Assembly (NCBI GenBank): GCA_050695655.1
Contig: JBOGTU010000077.1
Coordinates: 20,397 to 84,396 of the forward strand
Direction of reading: 5' to 3'
Length of the DNA stretch: 64,000 nt
Source: Chloroflexota bacterium
GTDB taxonomy: Bacteria > Chloroflexota > JAJPGV01
Shown: positions 56,971 to 64,000 of the stretch, one piece after another
How positions within the stretch are numbered: the stretch's first letter is position 1
How the letters are laid out: the number at the start of each line of letters is the position of its first letter
Program-made: the position numbers and the translations under genes
The notes under the pieces: generated by a model
Databases searched by the model: none
What the model was told of the DNA's origin: nothing
Seen by the model: only the letters and a program-made list of their open reading frames with translations

Positions 56971-58371
56971 ATGGCGACACGGGCTGAAGGGCTGACCTGG
57001 AGGGCGAGCGCACCGGGGCAAGTGCCGGTTATAAGCTACGAGGAGGCGCTGCGCTACCTCTACTCCTTCACCAACTATGAGACGCGCGCCGCGCCACGGG
57101 GGGCTTTCAAGCTCACACGCATGGAGCGGCTGCTGGACGTGGCCGAGCGGCCGGAACGACGCTATCCATCGGTGCTCGTGGCGGGCACCAAGGGCAAGGG
57201 CTCCACGGCGGCCATGCTGGCGGCCATCGCCACGGCGGCCGGCAAGCGCGTGGGCTTTTACTCCTCGCCGCACCTGAACACTCACCGCGAGCGTTACCGG
57301 CTGCAGGGCGCGCCAATCGCGAAGGACGTGTTCGTACAGCAGGTGGCACAGTTGCCCGGGTTGCTGGCCGAGATGGAACGGCGCTGGCCGGAGCTGGGGG
57401 CGGTCACGCTGTTTGAGCTGTGCACGCTGCTCGCCTTCCGTTGGTTCGCCGAAGAGGTGGTGGATCTGGCGGTGGTGGAAGTGGGCGTGGGCGGCCGGCT
57501 CGACTGCACCAATGTGCTGCGGCCGCAGCTGTCGCTGATTGCACCCATCAGCTACGACCATCGAGACGTGCTGGGCAACACGCTGACTGAGATCGCGTTC
57601 GAGAAGGCCGGCATCATCAAGCCCGGCCACCTGGTGCTGTCTGCTCCGCAGACGGATGAAGCGGCGGCGGTGCTGCGGCGGGTGGCGGCCGAGCAAAGCG
57701 CGCCGTTGCGCATGGTGCCGCCGGGCGCGCCGGTGGGCGATCCACTGCGCATCGTGGCTGGGCCGCCACTGCCGCCGCGCCTGGGCCAGTGGTTCCGGCC
57801 CCAGCAGTGGCCCGAGGCCGAGGAGCCCTGCTGGCTCAGCCTGCTGGGCGAGCACCAGCTGACCAATGCCGCCGTGGCCGTCGAAGCCGCGACGGAGCTG
57901 GGCTTCGGAGAGGCCGCCATCCGCCAGGGGCTGGCGGATGTACGCTGGCCGGGGCGGCTCGAAGTGCTGCGCGCCCAGCCCCTGACTGTGGGTGATGGGG
58001 CGCAAAACGGTGCCTCCATGGAGCGCCTGGTCGAGGCGCTGCGCCGCCACTTCAGCTACCGCCGGCTGCGGCTGGTGCTGGGCTTCTCCGCGGACAAGGA
58101 AATTCCCGCAATGGCTCGGGTGCTCAACCCCGTGGCGGACGAGATTATCCTCACCCGCTCCCGCCATCCCCGCGCGGCCAACCCGGCTGCCCTGCGGGCG
58201 CACTTCCCGACCGGCCACATCACCGACTCGTTGGAAGAAGCGCTGGCTCTGGTGGATGCGCACGCCTGCCCCGAGGACCTGACACTCGTGACCGGCAGCC
58301 TCTTCCCCGTTGGTGGCGCCCGCTTTCTGTACGGCCTCGTTCCACCCGAAGAGCAAGATCCGCTCGACTGA
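56971..58371 (+). CDS. folC: Folylpolyglutamate synthase / dihydrofolate synthase
   Basis: Mur-ligase-family P-loop VAGTKGKGSTAAM. 466 aa. Confidence 0.85.
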   Translation: MATRAEGLTWRASAPGQVPVISYEEALRYLYSFTNYETRAAPRGAFKLTRMERLLDVAERPERRYPSVLVAGTKGKGSTAAMLAAIATAAGKRVGFYSSPHLNTHRERYRLQGAPIAKDVFVQQVAQLPGLLAEMERRWPELGAVTLFELCTLLAFRWFAEEVVDLAVVEVGVGGRLDCTNVLRPQLSLIAPISYDHRDVLGNTLTEIAFEKAGIIKPGHLVLSAPQTDEAAAVLRRVAAEQSAPLRMVPPGAPVGDPLRIVAGPPLPPRLGQWFRPQQWPEAEEPCWLSLLGEHQLTNAAVAVEAATELGFGEAAIRQGLADVRWPGRLEVLRAQPLTVGDGAQNGASMERLVEALRRHFSYRRLRLVLGFSADKEIPAMARVLNPVADEIILTRSRHPRAANPAALRAHFPTGHITDSLEEALALVDAHACPEDLTLVTGSLFPVGGARFLYGLVPPEEQDPLD

Positions 58372-58485
58372 CCGCATCCGCTCGCCCAGTGCCAGGCACG
58401 AGGACAACGCATCGGCGCATCTCGGCGTAGGAGTACCCTCACAGCTGATGCGCGTGCGTTTCGGGCTGCTCGCGGTCAAGGCGCC

Positions 58486-59163
58486 GTGAGCGAGCCGCTG
58501 CCAGCCGAGCTGGACGTTGCCGGCGCAGTGGTCGCGGCGGAAGGCACACGGCTGCTGCTGTGCCGGCACGGCCAAACCGCCATGAACGCGCAATCGCGCT
58601 ACCAGGGGCAGATCGATGCCCCGCTGGATGCCACCGGCCGCACCCAGGCGGCCGCGCTGGCGGTGCGGCTGGCTGGCGAGCGCATCGACGCCGCCGTCAG
58701 CAGCGATCTGCGGCGCGCTGCCCAGACCGCCGCCATTGCCCTGGGTGAGCGCAAGCTGCCCGTTGCGTGGGATGCACGCCTGCGCGAGGCTGCCTTCGGC
58801 CGCTGGGAGGGCCTCAACTTCGCGGAAATCGAGCAGCGTTATCCAGCCGACGCGGCGGCGCGCCGAGCCGATCCGGTTCGCTTTGCCATTCCTGGTGGCG
58901 GCGAGTCGCTGCTCGATGTCGCCGTGCGCGCCGCGGCCTTCCTGCGCGAGGCGCTGCCCCAGCACGCCGGACAATCCCTCTTGCTCGTGGCCCACGGCGG
59001 CACCCTCAATAGCCTCCTCACGGTGCTGCTGCGCCTGCCCCTCAGCTCCTGGTCCCGGCTGCGCAACCACAACGCCAACCTCAGCATGCTGGACATCCTC
59101 CAGGGGCGGCCTCGGCTGCTGATCTTCAATGAAACCTGGCACCTGGAGGAGCAGGTCCCATGA
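58486..59163 (+). CDS. cobC: Histidine phosphatase family protein (alpha-ribazole phosphatase CobC-like)
   Basis: RHG catalytic motif (LLLCRHGQTAMN) plus second His region. Translationally coupled to cobU. Confidence 0.65.
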   Translation: MSEPLPAELDVAGAVVAAEGTRLLLCRHGQTAMNAQSRYQGQIDAPLDATGRTQAAALAVRLAGERIDAAVSSDLRRAAQTAAIALGERKLPVAWDARLREAAFGRWEGLNFAEIEQRYPADAAARRADPVRFAIPGGGESLLDVAVRAAAFLREALPQHAGQSLLLVAHGGTLNSLLTVLLRLPLSSWSRLRNHNANLSMLDILQGRPRLLIFNETWHLEEQVP

Positions 59164-59699
59164 TCCCGCCAGACCGCCACCCCGGCAGCCTGACGCTGAT
59201 CACGGGCGGAGCGCGCGGCGGCAAGTCCGCCCAGGCCGAGAAGCTGGTTCGCCTGGCCGGTGGCCAGGTGGTCTACGTGGCCACCGCCGAAGCTGGAGAC
59301 GACGAAATGCGCACCCGTATTGCCGCCCACAAGGCGGCCCGGCCGGCCAGCTGGCACACCATTGAGGAGCCGCTGCACCCTTCACGGAGGCTGGCGGCCG
59401 CTGGGGCGGGCACCGTGCTGCTGGACTGCCTCACACTGCTGGTGAGCAATCTTCTCCTGGCAGGCGAGGCCATTCGCGCGGAGATCGATGCGCTGCTGGC
59501 CTGGCAGCGCGCCAGCGGCGCCACCCTGGTGGTGGTGAGCAACGAGGTCGGCTGGGGCATCGTGCCGGATAACCCGCTGGCGCGCCGCTATCAGGACGAG
59601 CTGGGCTGGGCCAACCAGCGGGTAGCCGCCGCCGCCAATGACGTCGTCCTGATGGTCGCGGGCATACCCATGCCCATCAAGGGCGCGCCGGCGGGGTGA
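59160..59699 (+). CDS. cobU: Adenosylcobinamide kinase / adenosylcobinamide-phosphate guanylyltransferase
   Basis: P-loop ITGGARGGKS. CobU/CobP fold. 4-nt overlap with cobC. Confidence 0.8.
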   Translation: MIPPDRHPGSLTLITGGARGGKSAQAEKLVRLAGGQVVYVATAEAGDDEMRTRIAAHKAARPASWHTIEEPLHPSRRLAAAGAGTVLLDCLTLLVSNLLLAGEAIRAEIDALLAWQRASGATLVVVSNEVGWGIVPDNPLARRYQDELGWANQRVAAAANDVVLMVAGIPMPIKGAPAG

Positions 59700-59786
59700 C
59701 AGCGTTCCAAGCCGAACCACTGCTCCACTTCCAGTTGGAGCGGTAGGATACGTACCGCCAGGCATACCTGAAGGAGGCCCAACATC

Positions 59787-61712
59787 ATGGCGCTAGCGTT
59801 TGAAGATACCAACCGCGTGCTGCAGGAGGATCGGCTCTTCACGCCGTCCGCCGGCATTGTGGAGCAGGCGAACGTTACCGCCTACGCACGCTCCAAGGGC
59901 TTCGGCTCCTACGAGGAACTGTACGCCTGGACCATCGAGCATCCGGAGGACTTCTGGGCAGACATGGCCAGCCGTCTCGAATGGTCCAAGCCATGGTCAC
60001 GCGTGCTGGACTGGAACCGCCCCTTCGCCAAGTGGTTCGTGGGGGCGGAGTGCAACATCGTGCACAACGCGCTGGACCGCCACATGGGCACGCCCGTAGA
60101 GCACAAGGTGGCCTATTACTGGGAGGGCGAGGGTGGCGTGTCCAAAACCGTCACCTATCGCCAGCTGTTCGACATGGTCAACCGTTTCGCCAGCGCCCTG
60201 AAGAAAATGGGCATCAAGAAGGGTGACCTCGTGGCGGTGTACATGCCGCCCATTATCGAAGAAGTGGTGGCCATGCTGGCCCTGGCCCGCATCGGCGCCG
60301 CCCACACCGTGGTCTTCTCCGGCTTCAGCGCGGAGGCGCTCCGCTCCCGCGTGGACGATGCCCAGGCCGTGGCCGTGATCACCGCCGATGGCTACTTCCG
60401 CCGCGGTCGCGCGGTGGCCACCAAGGCCGTGGTGGACGATGCCATCAGCGGCTCCACGGTGAAGCACGTCATCGTCGCCAAGCGTTCCGGCGCCGCCGCA
60501 CCCATGACCCCGGGGCGCGACCAGTGGTTCGACGATGTGATGGCCACGGGCGACGCGACCTGCCCCTGCGAGCCCATGGATTCGGAGGATCTGCTGTACA
60601 CCCTCTACACCTCCGGTACCACCGGCAAGCCCAAAGCCATCGTCCACGTCCACGGCGGGTACATGGTGGGCACGTACGCTACCTCGCACTTCATCTTCGA
60701 CCTCAAGCCGAACGATGTGTACTGGTGCGCGGCGGATCCGGGCTGGGTCACCGGCCACAGTTACATCGTCTACGGCCCGCTGCTGAACGGCGCCACCAGC
60801 ATCCTGTACGACGGCACGCCGGACTTCCCCGATCCCGGCATCTGGTGGGCGCTGGTGGAGAAATACAAAGCCACCATCCTCTACTGCGCACCCACGGCCA
60901 TCCGCGGGCTCATGCGCTTTGGCGACGAGCACCCCGCCCAGCACAACCTCTCCAGCCTGCGCCTGCTGGGCTCCGTGGGCGAGCCCATCAACCCCGAGGC
61001 GTGGATGTGGTATCGACAGATCACCGGCGACCGCTGCCCGATCATGGACACCTGGTGGCAAACGGAAACCGGGGCCATCATGATCAGCCCCGTGCCCTCC
61101 ACGCCGTTGAAGCCGGGCTCCGCCACGCGGCCCTTCCTGGGCATTGAGGCGGATGTGCTGAACATGAACGGCGAGCCCGTGGCCTCCGACAAGGGCGGCT
61201 TTCTGGTGATCCGCAAGCCGTGGCCATCCATGCTGCGTACCATCTACCGCGATCCCGAGCGCTACCAAGCGCAGTACTGGAGCCAGATTCCCGGTGTGTA
61301 CTTCGCCGGGGACGCGGCCCATCGGGACAAGGATGGCTACTACTGGGTGCAGGGCCGCGTGGACGACGTGATCAAGGTCGCCGGCCACCGCTTGGGCAGC
61401 TCGGAGATCGAGAGCGCCCTGGTGAGCCACCCGGCGGTAGCGGAAGCCGCCGTGATCGGCAAGCCGCATCAGCTCAAGGGCGAGAGCATCAAGGCCTTCT
61501 GCATCCTGCGGCAGGGGAACGAGCCCACGGATGCGCTGCTCACCGAGCTCCGCAACCACGTGCGCAACACCATCGGCCCCATCGCCCAGCCGGACGAGAT
61601 CGAGTTCGTGCTGTCGCTGCCCAAGACCCGCAGCGGCAAAATCATGCGTCGCTTGCTGAAGGCGCGCGAGCTCGGCGAGGACGTGGGCGACGTGAGTACG
61701 CTGGACGGCTAG
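59787..61712 (+). CDS. acs: Acetyl-CoA synthetase
   Basis: AMP-binding motif YTSGTTGKPK. C-terminal acetylation-site lysine in SGKIMRR. Strong GAAGGAGG RBS. Confidence 0.95.
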   Translation: MALAFEDTNRVLQEDRLFTPSAGIVEQANVTAYARSKGFGSYEELYAWTIEHPEDFWADMASRLEWSKPWSRVLDWNRPFAKWFVGAECNIVHNALDRHMGTPVEHKVAYYWEGEGGVSKTVTYRQLFDMVNRFASALKKMGIKKGDLVAVYMPPIIEEVVAMLALARIGAAHTVVFSGFSAEALRSRVDDAQAVAVITADGYFRRGRAVATKAVVDDAISGSTVKHVIVAKRSGAAAPMTPGRDQWFDDVMATGDATCPCEPMDSEDLLYTLYTSGTTGKPKAIVHVHGGYMVGTYATSHFIFDLKPNDVYWCAADPGWVTGHSYIVYGPLLNGATSILYDGTPDFPDPGIWWALVEKYKATILYCAPTAIRGLMRFGDEHPAQHNLSSLRLLGSVGEPINPEAWMWYRQITGDRCPIMDTWWQTETGAIMISPVPSTPLKPGSATRPFLGIEADVLNMNGEPVASDKGGFLVIRKPWPSMLRTIYRDPERYQAQYWSQIPGVYFAGDAAHRDKDGYYWVQGRVDDVIKVAGHRLGSSEIESALVSHPAVAEAAVIGKPHQLKGESIKAFCILRQGNEPTDALLTELRNHVRNTIGPIAQPDEIEFVLSLPKTRSGKIMRRLLKARELGEDVGDVSTLDG

Positions 61713-61753
61713 AAGTGCCTGTGCCTCCGCCCGAGCTACGCTGAAGGCTGCTC

Positions 61754-62292
61754 ATGATCACCCGAACGCGCCTCACCTACAGCGCCTATCGCGCCCTGCC
61801 GGAGAACGACCGCTACGAGCACGAGATGATCGCTGGGGAGGAATTTCTGTCCCCATCACCCAGTTGGCGGCACCAGCAACTTGCCAGCCGCCTGGCCGCC
61901 CGACTGGAAGCGTTCGCTCGCCCGAACAACCTCGGCGAGGTTGTCCAGCCGGTCGATCTGTATTACAACGAAACGACCTACGTTTCGCCGGACCTCTCGT
62001 TTTGGACGAACGACCAGATTGCCGTGCCAGGCACGCCGATCACCTGGACTTCCCGCCACCGCTGGTGGTTGAGATTTTGTCCAAATCTTCCATGCACTGG
62101 GACCGAGAGGAGAAGCGCGCGTTCTATCAGCGCTTCGGCGTGAGCGAATACTGGATCGTGGACCCCTTCCAGGAGACCGTTGAGGTGATCGACCTCACCG
62201 CGGGCACACCGGCAACAGTGGATCCCGCCGCTTCGCGTGTGCTGGCCGGCTTCTCCGTGTCGTGGGCCGAGCTCTTCGCCGACGAACGCTGA
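61754..62292 (+). pseudogene. Uma2-family (DUF820) restriction-endonuclease-like gene split by a frameshift
   Basis: ORF 61754..62143 encodes the N-terminal half (YEHEMIAGEEFLSPSPSWRHQ...PDLSFW). Overlapping ORF 61864..62292 in another frame encodes the C-terminal half (PPLVVEILSKSSMHWDREEKRAFYQRFGVSEYWIVDP). The junction is near 62040-62060. Confidence 0.6.
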
Positions 62293-62348
62293 TCCTGCTC
62301 GATGACGCTGCACGGGTAACGTTCAGCGAGCGGTTCCAGCCGCGGGGT

Positions 62349-62753
62349 TTACGCTTCCTGGCGGTAAATAACCTCTTCTTCCTTCACCGAGCCCTCCTCA
62401 ATCAGGAAGGCGCGGAGTACCGGCGGCTCGTTCTGGAGGGAAGCGATGAGGTAGTAGACGTCCGGCCAGTTGGCGGCGAAGCTGGTGTCGGTGCTGGAGG
62501 GGTAGGCGGCCGTGTGGGTGTGCGAGTGGAAGATGGCCAGCATCTCCCAGCCGTGGGCGCGCATTTCACGCTGTACGCGCAGCACCTCGGCGCCATCCAC
62601 CATGAAGCGCGTGGGGCTGTGCTCGATGTTGGTGGTGGGGTAGAAATGCGCCGGCACACAGTCCTTCCCAGCCACGATGCCGCAGGCCTCGTTCGGGAGC
62701 TCTGCCCGCGCGTGGGCGATCATCTCCTCCGCCAGCGCGGGCTCCAGGATCAC
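62349..62753 (-). CDS. mec: JAMM/MPN+ metalloprotease Mec+ (CysO C-terminal processing / desulfurase-associated)
   Basis: JAMM motif HSHTHTAAYPSSTD; E in EACGIVAG. GTG start 62753 (VILEPALAEEMIAHARAEL), parallel to the M. tuberculosis Mec+ N-terminus. The ORF-track extension into cysM is rejected. Confidence 0.75.
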   Translation of the reverse strand: MILEPALAEEMIAHARAELPNEACGIVAGKDCVPAHFYPTTNIEHSPTRFMVDGAEVLRVQREMRAHGWEMLAIFHSHTHTAAYPSSTDTSFAANWPDVYYLIASLQNEPPVLRAFLIEEGSVKEEEVIYRQEA

Positions 62754-62796
62754 TGGGCGCTCACGGCGGCCGGCCAAGCTTCCAGCCGCGGCCGAA

Positions 62797-63786
62797 CTAC
62801 CACCAGAACTTCTTCTCGGCGCTGGGTTCGTAACCGCGCGTCCACAGTTCGCTGCTAAGGTACTTCCAGCCGCCATCCGCCAGCAGGATGACGATGTTGC
62901 CTCGTTCAAGCCGGCGGCCGTAGCGCATGGCGGCGTGCAGCACGGCGCCACAGGAGACGCCGGCGAAGATGCCTTCGCGCCGCGCCAATTCCCGCGTGGC
63001 GGTGAAGGAATCCTCCACGGTCACCATGATCTTGCCGTCCAGCTCCTCCACGTTGAGCACCGGTGGCACGAAGCCATCGTCCAGCGATCGCAGCCCAGCC
63101 ACCAGCTCGCCCTGGTGGGGCTCCGCGGCCACAATCTTGATGGCCGGGTTATGCTCCCGCAGCCGGCGGCCGGTGCCCATGAGTGTGCCACCTGTGCCCA
63201 GGCCCGCCACGAACACATCCACCTCCGGCAGCGCGTCGAGAATTTCCGGCGCGGTGCCCTCGTAGTGTGCGCGAGGGTTGGCCTCGTTGGCGTATTGGTA
63301 GGGCATGTAGCAGGTGGGGTCCGCGGCGGCCAGCTCGCGGGCAACGGCAATGGAGCCGTTGGTGCCCTTATCTGGCGGCGAGTACACCATTTCCGCGCCG
63401 AAGATCTGCAGCAGGCGCGTGCGCTCCTCGGTGACGTTTTCGGGGATGACCACCTTTACGCGGTAGCCTTTCACCTGGCCGATCATGGCCAGGGCGATGC
63501 CCGTGTTGCCGCTGGTCGGTTCCAGGATAGTCATGCCGGGCTTCAGGTCGCCCGCGGCTTCCGCCGCATCGATCATCGAGCGGGCGATGCGATCCTTCAC
63601 GCTGCCGGTGGGATTGTGGCCCTCCAGCTTGGCGAAGATGTGGACGTCCGGCTTGGGGCTGAAGCTCTTCAGCTCTACCAGGGGCGTATGCCCAATCGCC
63701 TCGACAAGGCTGCCATACAGGCCGGGGCGAGGCACGGCGCGGTTACCCGCCAGCCATGGCCGGCAAAATGGATACCACGTCACCAT
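62797..63786 (-). CDS. cysM: CysO-dependent cysteine synthase CysM (O-phosphoserine sulfhydrylase type)
   Basis: PLP lysine motif NPTGSVKDR. LEPTSGNTGIALA. High similarity in pattern to mycobacterial CysM. The true start is probably a few codons downstream of 63786. Confidence 0.85.
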   Translation of the reverse strand: MVTWYPFCRPWLAGNRAVPRPGLYGSLVEAIGHTPLVELKSFSPKPDVHIFAKLEGHNPTGSVKDRIARSMIDAAEAAGDLKPGMTILEPTSGNTGIALAMIGQVKGYRVKVVIPENVTEERTRLLQIFGAEMVYSPPDKGTNGSIAVARELAAADPTCYMPYQYANEANPRAHYEGTAPEILDALPEVDVFVAGLGTGGTLMGTGRRLREHNPAIKIVAAEPHQGELVAGLRSLDDGFVPPVLNVEELDGKIMVTVEDSFTATRELARREGIFAGVSCGAVLHAAMRYGRRLERGNIVILLADGGWKYLSSELWTRGYEPSAEKKFWW

Positions 63787-64000
63787 CCTTCACCGGCGTT
63801 TCCATCCGCTGCAGAAAGCGCACGTCCTCGTCATTGACGTACAGGTTCACGAAGCGGTGCAGCTGGCCGCTTTCGTCGCTGATTTCGCTGGTGAAGCCGG
63901 GAAACTGCCGGTCCAGGTCCGAGAGCACCTGGTTCACGGTGCCCCCGCTGGCCCGGAGAGTCTTCACGCCGTTGGTGACCTTTTGCAGCAGCGGCGGCAC
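63743..64000 (-). CDS. cysO: Sulfur carrier protein CysO (MoaD/ThiS family), N-terminus may lie just outside the window
   Basis: Ends in a ...VVSILPAMAGG di-glycine terminus. 85 aa are visible. The ORF reaches the window edge. Confidence 0.7.
   Translation of the reverse strand: MPPLLQKVTNGVKTLRASGGTVNQVLSDLDRQFPGFTSEISDESGQLHRFVNLYVNDEDVRFLQRMETPVKDGDVVSILPAMAGG

Noticed and set aside
58372-58485. Possible cobalamin riboswitch upstream of cobC-cobU
   Set aside because: The gap is only 114 nt. No B12-box (consensus AGYCMGGAAGRCCKGCC-like) or other conserved riboswitch elements were seen.
56881-59142. 753-aa ORF on the minus strand
   Set aside because: It lies entirely antisense to folC and cobC. 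It is low-complexity and Pro/Arg/Gly-rich with no family resemblance, a typical high-GC shadow ORF.
1-64000. CRISPR arrays, rRNA, tRNA
   Set aside because: No regularly spaced direct repeats, no rRNA-like conserved stretches, and no tRNA T-loop/acceptor patterns were found by eye in any intergenic gap.

Overview
This window is a high-GC (~68%) bacterial chromosomal segment, densely coding on both strands. Most genes are housekeeping: rpmF-fabD-fabG-nusB-acpP, ftsH, tatC, dxr-cdsA-uppS-frr-pyrH-tsf-rpsB, hslVU, pdhABC, ddl, pcrA/uvrD, tldD/pmbA, lexA, the hspR-dnaJ-grpE-dnaK heat-shock operon with a HAIR operator, folC, cobC-cobU, acs and cysO-cysM-mec. Accessory elements are interspersed. These include a phd/vapC toxin-antitoxin pair abutting the dnaK promoter, a truncated PIN remnant, a frameshifted Uma2 endonuclease gene, and a low-GC three-gene islet (DUF3467, DUF4258, YgiT/MqsA-type zinc finger). 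Several unusual architectures stand out. A LigB/Memo-like domain is fused to AMMECR1 with no radical SAM partner. A Cro/YdaS-like HTH is fused in frame to myo-inositol-1-phosphate synthase. A CysS paralog lacking the anticodon-binding domain resembles MshC. A methylenetetrahydrofolate reductase carries a C-terminal Cys-rich zinc-ribbon. Orphan fliG and fapA(DUF342) genes occur without other flagellar genes. A partial lamin-tail-domain secreted protein gene at the left edge is absent from the ORF track. Gene content (hspR-dnaK operon, cysO/cysM/mec, ino1 plus mshC-like, F420-type LLM) suggests Actinobacteria or a related high-GC Terrabacteria lineage such as Chloroflexota. The short EF-Ts leaves this undecided. 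No rRNA, tRNA or CRISPR was seen by eye. Many long ORFs in the six-frame track are antisense shadow ORFs typical of high-GC DNA and were not called.
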